Part shown: piece by piece, positions 55,930-64,000 of the stretch
How positions within the stretch are numbered: position 1 is the stretch's first letter
How the letters are laid out: every line of letters starts with the position of its first letter
Assembly (NCBI GenBank): GCA_036742665.1
Contig: DAINQP010000002.1
Coordinates: 2,531-66,530 of the forward strand
DNA length: 64,000 nt
Direction: 5' to 3'
Origin: Vicinamibacterales bacterium
GTDB lineage: Bacteria; Acidobacteriota; Vicinamibacteria; Vicinamibacterales; UBA2999
Made by a program: the position numbers and the translations under genes
Notes under the pieces: model-generated
Seen by the model: the letters and a program-made list of their open reading frames with translations, nothing else
Databases searched by the model: none
Told to the model about the DNA's origin: nothing

Positions 55930-58629
55930 ATGGCGCTCGAGGCAGGTACCCGCTTCGGTCCCTACGAGGTCCTGTCGCTGGTTGGTGTCGGCGGCATGGG
56001 CGAGGTGTACAAAGCCCGCGACAGTCGGCTCGATCGCATCGTCGCGATCAAGCTGCTGCGCGCCGACGTCGCCGGCCGCGCCGATCGCCGCGCACGCTTC
56101 GCCAAGGAAGCGCGGGCGATCTCCTCCCTGAGTCATCCTCATATCTGCGCGCTCTATGACGTCGGCGACGACAACAGTCAGCCGTTCATCGTCATGGAAT
56201 TTCTCGAGGGCGAGACTCTTGACGATCGGCTGACGCGCGGTGTGCTGCCGGCCGCCGACGTGCTTCGATTCGGAATGCAGATCGTGGGCGCGCTTGCCCA
56301 CGCCCATCGTGCGCACGTCGTGCACCGCGATCTCAAGCCCGGAAACGTCATGCTGACCTCGGCAGGTGTCAAGCTGCTCGATTTTGGTCTGGCCCGACGA
56401 AACGAGGTCGAGGCCACAGCTCTGGGCTCGACGACGGTTTCGTTCGATCGCGGCGCGCTCACCGAGGAAGGCACCATCGTCGGCACCTTTCAGTACATGG
56501 CCCCGGAGCAGCTCCAGGGCAAAGAGCCCGACGAACGAACGGACATTTTTGCCTTCGGTGCGCTGCTGTTCGAGATGGCAACCGGCCGCAAGGCGTTCGA
56601 CGGTCGAACGCAGACGGGCCTCATCGCGTCGATCCTCAGCGAGCAGCCACCGCCCGTGTCCGACGCGCGCGATGACGCAGGATTGCCTCCGGCGCTCGAC
56701 CACCTCGTCGAACGCTGCATCGCCAAGGACCCCGACGACCGCTGGCAGACTGCACGAGACCTCGAGCGCGAGCTCGAATGGGTTGCGAGCGCCGGCTCGT
56801 CATCGAGCAGCGCGTCGAGCCGCTCTTCCACACGTCGCCGTGTGCTGATGGTGGCAATGCTAATCATGGCGCTGGCTTCCGTCCTGATGGCCTTACGGTT
56901 CGTCCGGTGGCCGAAATCGAGCGGCGGGAGCACCGAGGTTACGCGGTTCATCATTGCCCCGCCGCCGGCATCACTCATTCCGTTCGGCGAGCAACGCACA
57001 CGGATCGCGCTCTCACCCGACGGACGAACGCTGGCTTTCGTCGCCTTCAACAAGGGCCATCTGCAGATTTGGGTGCAGCCGCTTGATTCGCTCGTGCCGC
57101 GTCCTCTCGACGGTACCGAAGACGCGGTGTCGCCCTTCTGGTCGCCAAACAGCAAGTACCTGGGATTTTTCACGCCGGCTTCCGGGGAGCTCAAGCGGAT
57201 CGATCTCTCGGGTGGTCCGCCACGTACGATCTGCGCTGCAGCGGCCGAAGGGCTCGCCGAATGGGGACAGGACAACACCATCCTGTTCACGATCTTCCGC
57301 AGCGGTATTTTCCGCGTCTCCGCAGATGGCGGCGTGCCGATGCGCGTGACGTCGCTCGACAAGTCGCGGCGCGAACTCAATCATTACTGGCCGAGCTTTC
57401 TGCCCGGAGGCACGCACTTGCTTTATCTCGCGACGGCCAACGCGACCGATACGTCGAAAGCACCACCGAGCGTCTACGTCGCGACTCTCGACGGACGTGA
57501 TCCACAACCGCTCGATGGGATCCACTCGCGCGCGGTGTTCGTGGCGCCGGGTTATCTGCTCTTCGAAGACGGAGGAAGTCTGCTGGCGCAGCGATTCGAT
57601 CTCACCAATCGTCGTCTGAGCGGCGAGGCGATACGGATTGCCGAGCAGATCGCCGTGAATCGAACATTGGGCACGGCACATTTCAGCGTCTCGACCACCG
57701 GCACGCTCGCCTATCTGGGCAGCGGAGATGCGTACGAGATGATCTGGTTCGACCGGCAGGGCACTCCCAGCCCCACGGGGTGGGCGACGCAGTGGTACGG
57801 TGAACCGCGCATTTCGCCAGATTCGAACCGGGCCGTCGTGCCGGTCTTCGATCCACGCAGCGGCGCGGCGGACCTCTGGATTTACGACTTGCTGAGAAAT
57901 GTGCCGACCCGCTTCACGACGGACTCTCCAACCGACAAGGATCCAGTGTGGTCTCCAGACGGCAGCGGAGTGCTCTATACGACTGAGCGGGGTGGCTCGC
58001 CGAATATTTTTCTCAAGAGGTTCGACAACGGCGGAGAGCTCACACCGATGGTGGTGAACCCCGTGCCTGTGTTTGCCGATGATTGGTCACGCGATGGGAA
58101 CTGGATCGCGTATACGGTGAACACGACGAAGGCAGGAACTGACCTGTGGCTGAAGCCACTCATCGGCGACCGAAAGGAACGCGTTTTCCTCAACACCCGC
58201 TTCAACGAAGAGGGCGCCAGATTCTCACCAGACTCACGATGGCTGGCATTTGCGTCGAACGAGACCGGCGATACGCCGGAAGTCTATGTGGCACGCGTCG
58301 ATGAACCGGAGCAACGCGTGCGGATTTCAAGTGGTGGCGGCACTGCACCGCGCTGGCGGCGCGACGGCAAGGAGTTGTTCTACGCCGCGGCCAACGGCCG
58401 AACGATGATGGTGGCACCGATCGAGTCGCTGTCACCATTCCGGGCGGGCGCACCCAAACAACTGTTCACGCTCGGCGTTGGCTCGGCAGCTACCCGCCAT
58501 CGGGTTCGCAACACTGACTTTGACGTCGCTCCCAACGGCCAGAGATTCCTCATCAGCATTCCAGTCGGGCAGCCGGCATCGTCACAGACCACAATCGTGC
58601 TCAACTGGCCGGCAGCGCTGGGCCGTTAA
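55930..58629 (+). CDS. Ser/Thr protein kinase fused to TM helix and TolB-like (WD40-like) beta-propeller
   Basis: GVGGMGEVYKA, VAIKLL, HRDLKPGNVML, DFGLA, APEQ. TM helix VLMVAMLIMALASVLMAL. Repeated PD40-like SPDG/WSPD blocks follow. Confidence 0.9.
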   Translation: MALEAGTRFGPYEVLSLVGVGGMGEVYKARDSRLDRIVAIKLLRADVAGRADRRARFAKEARAISSLSHPHICALYDVGDDNSQPFIVMEFLEGETLDDRLTRGVLPAADVLRFGMQIVGALAHAHRAHVVHRDLKPGNVMLTSAGVKLLDFGLARRNEVEATALGSTTVSFDRGALTEEGTIVGTFQYMAPEQLQGKEPDERTDIFAFGALLFEMATGRKAFDGRTQTGLIASILSEQPPPVSDARDDAGLPPALDHLVERCIAKDPDDRWQTARDLERELEWVASAGSSSSSASSRSSTRRRVLMVAMLIMALASVLMALRFVRWPKSSGGSTEVTRFIIAPPPASLIPFGEQRTRIALSPDGRTLAFVAFNKGHLQIWVQPLDSLVPRPLDGTEDAVSPFWSPNSKYLGFFTPASGELKRIDLSGGPPRTICAAAAEGLAEWGQDNTILFTIFRSGIFRVSADGGVPMRVTSLDKSRRELNHYWPSFLPGGTHLLYLATANATDTSKAPPSVYVATLDGRDPQPLDGIHSRAVFVAPGYLLFEDGGSLLAQRFDLTNRRLSGEAIRIAEQIAVNRTLGTAHFSVSTTGTLAYLGSGDAYEMIWFDRQGTPSPTGWATQWYGEPRISPDSNRAVVPVFDPRSGAADLWIYDLLRNVPTRFTTDSPTDKDPVWSPDGSGVLYTTERGGSPNIFLKRFDNGGELTPMVVNPVPVFADDWSRDGNWIAYTVNTTKAGTDLWLKPLIGDRKERVFLNTRFNEEGARFSPDSRWLAFASNETGDTPEVYVARVDEPEQRVRISSGGGTAPRWRRDGKELFYAAANGRTMMVAPIESLSPFRAGAPKQLFTLGVGSAATRHRVRNTDFDVAPNGQRFLISIPVGQPASSQTTIVLNWPAALGR

Positions 58630-58759
58630 GGGGTGCACCAGGTTCGGACGCCGTAATGCGAGCATGGCGGGGCCGCTCTACGTCATCACCAAGATCGATT
58701 CGGTGCGGGTCGGGCTCGACCTTCGCGCGCAGCGTGGTGACGCACCAGGCCTCATGCCG

Positions 58760-58913
58760 ATCGGCGGCCTGAATGCCGCCCTTTCGACCTCTCCAGCTAT
58801 CGCCAGGTCTTCGGTGCGAACACGTCGCTCAATCCGCCGCTGCGCGCCAAATCATCACCGTGATCTGGCTGACCGGCCTTCCCGGCTAACGGATGGAAGT
58901 GGCCGAGCTGGTA
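58760..58913 (+). pseudogene. decayed, internally deleted copy of the 53164..54095 two-gene segment (membrane paralogue B + DUF6152 tail)
   Basis: 58760-58880 aligns at the DNA level with 53489-53610, with most positions identical (atcggcggcctgaatgccgcc...cgccaggt.tt.ggtgcga.c.cgtcgctcaatccgccgctgcgcgccaa). 58881-58913 (cggctaacggatggaagtggccgagctggtag) aligns with 54063-54095 (ccggccgacggctggaaatggccgaactggtga). No intact ORF remains. Confidence 0.75.
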
Positions 58914-59004
58914 GCACGTTCACAAAGGACTGCCTAGCTGCGCGGTGGCGGGAGGTGTGCTTTTGTGGACACACGGGCGGAGCGTTCGCCATCACACTTG
59001 ATCC

Positions 59005-59715
59005 ATGCAGCGCAACATTCGTTCCGGTGCCGGAATCAAGACGACGAAGGTGAAGGCCAGCGCCCAGAACGCGTCAGTATTCAGCCTCCAGGCGTTTCTC
59101 GAGTCGGCCGGGATTGCCCAAAAGGGCTTACCGTACCGGCGTGGCGAACCCATCTTCACTCAAGGCGATGCCTGCGAGCATGTCTGGTACATCCAGTCCG
59201 GTGGGATCAAGCTGTCGGTGCTGTCGAAGACAGGGAAAGAAGCCGTGGTCGCCATGCTTGGGCCGGGTGACTTCTTCGGCGAGGGATGCCTGGCGGGTCA
59301 GGAGGTTCGCATGGGAAGCGCCACGGCGGTCACCCCGAGCGCGATCCTGCGCATCGACAAGGGATACATGGCGCACCTGCTGCACAAGCAGCACGCGATG
59401 TCCGACCGGTTCATCTCGCATATCCTGACCCGTAACATCCGGATCGAAGAGGACCTGATCGATCAACTCTTCAACTCCAGTGAGAAGCGGCTGGCGCGCA
59501 CGCTGCTGCTGCTGGCGCGATACGGGAAACAGGCGAAGCCGACCCGCGTGGTACCCCAGATCTCGCAGGAGACACTCGCCGAGATGGTTGGTACGACACG
59601 CTCACGGGTGAATTTCTTCCTGAACAAGTTCAGGAAGCTGGGCTTCATCGAGTACGAGGCTGAGCGCCCGATCAAGATCAACAACTCCCTGCTCAGCGTC
59701 GTGCTGCACGATTGA
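59005..59715 (+). CDS. Crp/Fnr family transcriptional regulator
   Basis: cNMP-binding fold (GDFFGEGCLAG, RMGSATAV). C-terminal HTH ISQETLAEMVGTTRSRVNFFLNKFRKLGFI. Confidence 0.9.
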   Translation: MQRNIRSGAGIKTTKVKASAQNASVFSLQAFLESAGIAQKGLPYRRGEPIFTQGDACEHVWYIQSGGIKLSVLSKTGKEAVVAMLGPGDFFGEGCLAGQEVRMGSATAVTPSAILRIDKGYMAHLLHKQHAMSDRFISHILTRNIRIEEDLIDQLFNSSEKRLARTLLLLARYGKQAKPTRVVPQISQETLAEMVGTTRSRVNFFLNKFRKLGFIEYEAERPIKINNSLLSVVLHD

Positions 59716-59743
59716 GGCGACTGACCGGGGCCCGCTTTCCGCG

Positions 59744-60835
59744 TCAACTCATCGCGGGGACGGGCTCGGCGAGCCGCGGCAAATCAATGGTGAACACGCA
59801 TCCACATTCGGGCAGGTTCCGCGCGTAGAGCCGGCCATGGCTCGCTTCGACGCCCCATCGACTGAACGCGAGACCGACGCCTAGTCCCGTGCGATCCCGG
59901 CTTCGCTGCTCGAACGGGCGGAACAGATCGTCGTGATTCGCACCGGGCAGGCCTCCGCATTCGTCTTCGACTTCGATGAGAACACGTTCGGCACTGCCGC
60001 GCACGCGCAGCGTGACAGTGGTCTTCGGTCGGGTGAACTTGAAGGCGTTCTGCAACAGGTTGCCGACGACCGCCGCGAGCACTTGGCGATCCCCTTGGAT
60101 GGCGATGTCCTGATCCACCGGCAGAACCGTCAACCGGAGACCGATCGTCTGTGCATGGAGCACCGCCGCGGCGACGACTTCGTCGACGAGCTCGGACAAC
60201 TGGATTCGGTCCGGGTTTTGGATTCCCTGTGTGAGACGCACCTCGGCGAGCGAGCGGCCAATGAGCGCGCGCAATGCGAGGAGACTGCGATGGAGTACGG
60301 TGCCCGTGCTGCCGCTGACGCCCACGTTCCCGGTTCTGAGAACCTCGAACGACAGAATCGCCGTGTTGAGCAAATTTCGCAACTCGTGTGCGAGGAACTC
60401 CAATCGCTCGGCGCCCCGCGCCGCTGCGACATCGACGGTAGATTGATCCCGATGACGTCCATATTCGGTGACCGCGCCGGCAATCGCTTCGTCGAGGCAT
60501 CGGTTGAGTACACAGAAATCCGCGCTGCTGATCGCGGCGCTCATTTCCGTGGCCAACTCGGTGACCGACTGGCACACGTCACCATAGTCGTGCACGACCT
60601 GGGACACGGTGAACCCCTTCCGGAGAAGCTCACGGCCGTGTTGGATCGCGCTTTCACCGATCTCTGGGCTCGATGGCGCGCCGAGCCGTAACGCCTCGAT
60701 CAGTTGATCGAGAAACAGCGGCACTCCATAGTCCTCGTCCGGTTGGTTGAGAACTGCGACCGACCTCACAGCCACCTTGGCCCGGCAGCGGGTGATGATC
60801 TCGTCGCGATGGGCGGCAATGAACCGATCGAGCAT
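59744..60835 (-). CDS. cytoplasmic sensor histidine kinase (RsbRD_N-like N-terminal domain + HisKA + HATPase)
   Basis: I moved the start to ATG 60835 (MLDRFIAAHRDEIITRCRAKV is the typical N-terminus of this architecture). H-box FLAHELRNLLNTA, N-box VVGNLLQNAFKF, G-boxes DECGGLP and GLGVGLAF. Confidence 0.85.
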   Translation of the reverse strand: MLDRFIAAHRDEIITRCRAKVAVRSVAVLNQPDEDYGVPLFLDQLIEALRLGAPSSPEIGESAIQHGRELLRKGFTVSQVVHDYGDVCQSVTELATEMSAAISSADFCVLNRCLDEAIAGAVTEYGRHRDQSTVDVAAARGAERLEFLAHELRNLLNTAILSFEVLRTGNVGVSGSTGTVLHRSLLALRALIGRSLAEVRLTQGIQNPDRIQLSELVDEVVAAAVLHAQTIGLRLTVLPVDQDIAIQGDRQVLAAVVGNLLQNAFKFTRPKTTVTLRVRGSAERVLIEVEDECGGLPGANHDDLFRPFEQRSRDRTGLGVGLAFSRWGVEASHGRLYARNLPECGCVFTIDLPRLAEPVPAMS

Positions 60836-61067
60836 GTACGTTTCTCCAACAGCCTCGGACTCGCACCTGTCGAGGGTCACACGAACGATTGAGTGGGGAG
60901 TTGGCTTAGCGCGGGAACCCGACGTCCGAGACAGCATGGTAGGCCGTGAGCCAGCCCAGCGCCTGTTCCAAACAGCACACTGTGACGATGTATACAAACG
61001 CACAGACACGCATTCGCAAGAATGGCACGATCATCAAGCGCTCGAACATCTGCATCGGGCGACACCT

Positions 61068-61214
61068 ATGTGGTCGATCATCGTCCTCTTCATCGCGGGA
61101 GCCGCGCTCCTGATCGGCTCCAGATTTCGAGTACCTGGCGGCGTGAATCCCGCACACCTCGGATGGATGAGCGCGCAGTGGCTCGCCGAGTACCGCGCGT
61201 CCCAGAGGATGTAG
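61068..61214 (+). CDS. possible 48-aa single-TM peptide (very tentative)
   Basis: MWSIIVLFIAGAALLIGSRF... is a clean hydrophobic helix. There is no recognisable RBS or homology, and it lies in the ORF-ambiguous 60.8-62.3 kb region. Confidence 0.2.
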   Translation: MWSIIVLFIAGAALLIGSRFRVPGGVNPAHLGWMSAQWLAEYRASQRM

Positions 61215-62338
61215 ATGACGGAAGGCTTGACAGAATGACCGCAGTCCACGTCGAAGAGCCGAACGCCATCGATCTCGCGCGACTCGACGACGACGGCGGC
61301 GGTTCGCGAGCCGGGAGCCCTCCGCGACTGCGTGACCTCGTCAACCCTGACTCACCCACCACCATGGACGCGGCCACCATTGCCGCGCGCCAGCGAGAGC
61401 GAGGCGGCGCACCGAATCAGTACCGCCCGGCGCGCGAAGGATCGCCGTGGAAGCGCCTGGCGCTGACGCTGCGTCGTTTCCTGATCGGCCGTTGACAAAA
61501 GTCGAAGCTCCAGCTCAGCCTCGGCGCAAATGTTCAAGAGTGAACAGCGCCCTTTGTCTGTTCGATCGAGTATCACGGTTTCCGTCGGAGCATCGAGGCC
61601 CGGTGACACTCGGATTGTCGCAGAACCGACGGCAGGGATAGAGCGATGACTATTGAAGACCCTGAGCTGGACAATCTGTTTCGAGATGACCACTCTGAGA
61701 TGCCCCACGAGAGTCGCCATGCAGGACGGACGCCGGGCGATGGGCACGAGCGCTCGTCCAACCGAACCCGACACGGTGGATTCACCGTCACGTTGCGCAT
61801 CAAGCCGGACCGGCGCTGCCTCGTCACGCCAATCGATCCGGCGAGTGAACGGCGGCACTGTCGAAAATGACAGTGAACACCGGGACCGCACAGGCGTCGG
61901 AGTTCAGCGCACGACTGAGCGTCACCGTTCACTTCGAATCACGCGGCGGAGTCGTGAAGGCCTGGTTTCGCGCGTGGACGCGCGCTCGAAGGTGACGGTC
62001 CTGGCCTGTAGATTCGGTATGGCCGTCCTGCCCGCCAGCGTCCAGGCATCCGCATGAGGCGTCCCGTCCACGTTGATCGCACCAGGCGTCCACCACGCGT
62101 GATAGGAGCGAGCCAGTTGCGGCAGCCCGAACCCGAGCAGATCTTCAGCGCGTCGGCGTGATCCCATGGCCAGGACTACCTCATCATGCGCGAGGACGAC
62201 GGGTCACCGTCAAAGAGACGATTCGTGAGGGACTCAATCTTGGCTCATTGGGCGGCCGGATCAACGTGCCGCAAGGAATTTGGATCGGGCCTGGTGCTGA
62301 TGGAATCGTCACACAAAGCCAAGAAATCCGGCTAAGGT

Positions 62339-63175
62339 TTAGTCGAGGTATTTGACAAACACCACTTCGTTCTGTCGCTCGTTATAGATCAGCTCGTCGG
62401 CGATGGCGCGAATCAGCACGAGCCCGAACCCTCCAGGGCGCAGTCCCTTCTCGTGCCGAACATCGTCGTGAGCGATGTCACCGGGTGCGCTGTGAATGGC
62501 TGCATGGGACAGGTCGTCGAAATTGAAGCCCAGGCCAGGGTCGGCGATCCGATATAGCAACATCCGGCGGGTTCGCAGACACGCAACGCGAACCTTCTTC
62601 GCTGGATTGAGCTGTCCTCCCCACTCGATGCCATTCAGCAGCAGCTCACGAAAGGCGAGACCGACTGAATCGCGTGTTTCAGCAGGAAGATCTGTCTCGA
62701 GCTGTTGGACGAAACTCTGTATCCGGTCGGCCGCGTCACGAGTGCACGGCACCAGCAACTCTACCCAGTCTGCTCGCGCAGATATCACCTCGATGGTTGT
62801 AACACCTGAGCCCGCTGAGAACGCGCGCGTGACGACCTCGATAAGCCGTGACGGTTCGATTGGCTTGGCAAGAAAATCGTAAGCGTGTCGGCGGAGAGCA
62901 TCGAGCATCACCTCCGTCGTGTCCGCGCCAGTCATGACTACGACCTTCGGAGGACGCCATTTGCCGCCACAGCGAGCCAGGATTTCCAACCCGCCGATCT
63001 TGGGCAATCGAACGTCCAACAGCACGACGCGGAAATCGTGACTGCTGATCTTCTCCATTGCCTCTGCACCATCGCGCGCGACTTCAACCGTAAAACCTTC
63101 ATTAGCGAGAAGCTGCCTCAACCCAGTTCTTGTTGCGTCATCGTCATCAACAACCAACAGGTCTGAATGATTCAT
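62339..63175 (-). CDS. response-regulator receiver fused to a SpoIIAB/RsbW-like ATP-binding (HATPase_c_2) domain
   Basis: REC domain: LLVVDDDDATRTG, VLLDVRLPKIGG, KVVVMTG, FLAKP. C-terminal domain: AFRELLLNGIEWG...RIADPGLGF...GGFGLVLIRAIADELIYNERQNEVVFVK. Confidence 0.8.
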   Translation of the reverse strand: MNHSDLLVVDDDDATRTGLRQLLANEGFTVEVARDGAEAMEKISSHDFRVVLLDVRLPKIGGLEILARCGGKWRPPKVVVMTGADTTEVMLDALRRHAYDFLAKPIEPSRLIEVVTRAFSAGSGVTTIEVISARADWVELLVPCTRDAADRIQSFVQQLETDLPAETRDSVGLAFRELLLNGIEWGGQLNPAKKVRVACLRTRRMLLYRIADPGLGFNFDDLSHAAIHSAPGDIAHDDVRHEKGLRPGGFGLVLIRAIADELIYNERQNEVVFVKYLD

Positions 63176-63222
63176 GAAGTCTCCGTGGACCGTCTCTATG
63201 CAAAAGCCGGTTGAGCCTGGAA

Positions 63223-63400
63223 TCAGAGCGACTTCAGATACTCAACGAGATCTCGCTGTTGCTCCGCGGTGAGATCCAGACCACGAACTCGGTTGTAATG
63301 CACCACAACGTCGGCGGGCGTCGCGGCACTGCGGTCGTGAAAGTACGGCGCGTGTTCCATAGCGCACGCAGAGGCGTCTCGATGTGCGGGCCCAGTGAGC
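63223..63400 (-). pseudogene. C-terminal remnant of a di-haem cytochrome c peroxidase (CCP/MauG family), frameshifted
   Basis: The frame ending at 63223 reads APYFHDRSAATPADVVVHYN...LTAEQQRDLVEYLKSL, which is the CCP C-terminal signature (PYFHDGS...L(V/A).FLKSL). The preceding conserved (F)ETP.LR...T block (IETPLRALWNT) sits in another frame, which implies a 1-nt deletion near 63349-63354. No haem-binding N-terminal part is present. Confidence 0.65.
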
Positions 63401-63564
63401 TCGCGTGACCTCGACACCATCCGGCGAAGTGAGTATATGCCAGAGCCGAGAACACCGCGGTGCTGAACCGCACACCGGGCCACCTCTCACCGACGAATGT
63501 CTCACTTGTCCGGTTCAGAACATCTCTCGTGCGCCATCGCCGGTACCCTGGGGCAGGTGATTTA

Positions 63565-63972
63565 ATGAATGACGATGCCACTGTCCCTGCGGTTGCGGAA
63601 GCACACCGCAATTCCGCCGAGGCTGCCAGGAATGATGCCGAACAGTTCAGGCGACTCGCCGAGGAGACTCGTGAAGTTCGCGATCATCATCGCGAAGCGC
63701 TCGAAGCAATCCGACAGGAGCGAGAGCATCTGAGGAACGCCGCTGAGACGGCGCGCATCGCCAGCGAGGAGGCGCGGATCGCCGCCGAGACGGCGCGCAC
63801 TGCTGGCGAGGAAGCGCGGGACGCCGCCCACGCGGCGCGGGAGGCCGTGGTGGAGACGGTGCGCGTCACTGCCGAAGCGCTCAGCGCGTCGCTCGAACAA
63901 ATGCAATTGGTGGAGGACATGCGGCGGACCCTCCGTGAGGTAAGGGACCACAACAAGCTTGAGTCGAACTAG
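63565..63972 (+). CDS. coiled-coil protein with heptad tandem repeat (unknown function)
   Basis: I moved the start to ATG 63565 (MNDDATVPAV...). Glu/Ala/Arg-rich helical sequence. The internal repeats are AAETARI ASEEARI AAETART AGEEARD AAHAARE. Confidence 0.55.
   Translation: MNDDATVPAVAEAHRNSAEAARNDAEQFRRLAEETREVRDHHREALEAIRQEREHLRNAAETARIASEEARIAAETARTAGEEARDAAHAAREAVVETVRVTAEALSASLEQMQLVEDMRRTLREVRDHNKLESN
63739..63843 (+). repeat. five tandem 21-nt units inside the coiled-coil gene
   Basis: Units are at 63739-63759, 63760-63780, 63781-63801, 63802-63822 and 63823-63843 (gcc-gc.-gag-(ac/ga)g-gcg-cg.-...), each encoding one heptad. Confidence 0.85.
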
Positions 63973-64000
63973 GTCGCGGCGTGGCCCGCCCGAACGCCGA

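Noticed and set aside
61022-61495. 157-aa plus-strand ORF in the ambiguous region
   Set aside because: The first half is Arg/Ser-rich and overlaps the better TM-peptide frame. No RBS or homology is recognisable, so it is kept only as part of the 'ambiguous region' finding.

Overview
GC-rich bacterial chromosomal segment, most likely Acidobacteriota. The lineage call rests on a PadR regulator followed by an ADOP-type 'permease prefix', a CarboxypepD_reg-type TonB-dependent receptor, a DUF1592/DUF1552 pair, a Ser/Thr kinase fused to a TolB-like propeller, and many exported proteins of unknown function. All family names come from motif reading and memory; no HMM or BLAST search was possible. I support about 55 protein-coding genes, 4-5 gene remnants, and several families of intergenic palindromic or tandem repeats. 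I found no rRNA, tRNA, CRISPR array, transposase or integrase.

Gene content, left to right:
- M28 peptidase and a CxxCH protein.
- A CoA-dependent acid-catabolism trio: FadB-like enzyme, feruloyl-CoA-synthase-like ligase, amidohydrolase.
- An orphan 3-TM effector-like protein.
- A phosphate-scavenging trio: metallophosphoesterase, OprO/P-like porin, CotH.
- A TonB-dependent receptor.
- A 10-kb translationally coupled + strand block (18.4-28.4 kb).
- A decaying PadR/permease pair.
- Assorted redox and cupin genes, and a GMC oxidoreductase operon.
- DUF1592/DUF1552/ankyrin.
- A pseudokinase-PEGA plus TonB_C pair.
- An esterase/membrane-protein operon and an active Ser/Thr kinase.
- A regulator-rich, remnant-rich right end.

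The most interesting signal is a recurrent module that I could not match to any described system. It consists of small exported proteins (DUF6152-like) whose predicted mature N-terminus is His-His. There are three intact copies plus one decayed copy in 64 kb. One copy is fused to a second paralogous exported family, one is coupled to a GMC oxidoreductase, and one follows a pair of paralogous membrane proteins. One copy also lies inside the 10-gene block, which additionally contains an orphan FixG/FixH-like pair, a His-box membrane protein, its own two-component system and a PQQ-type dehydrogenase. My reading of this as a periplasmic metal (possibly Cu) handling or redox-partner system is inference only.
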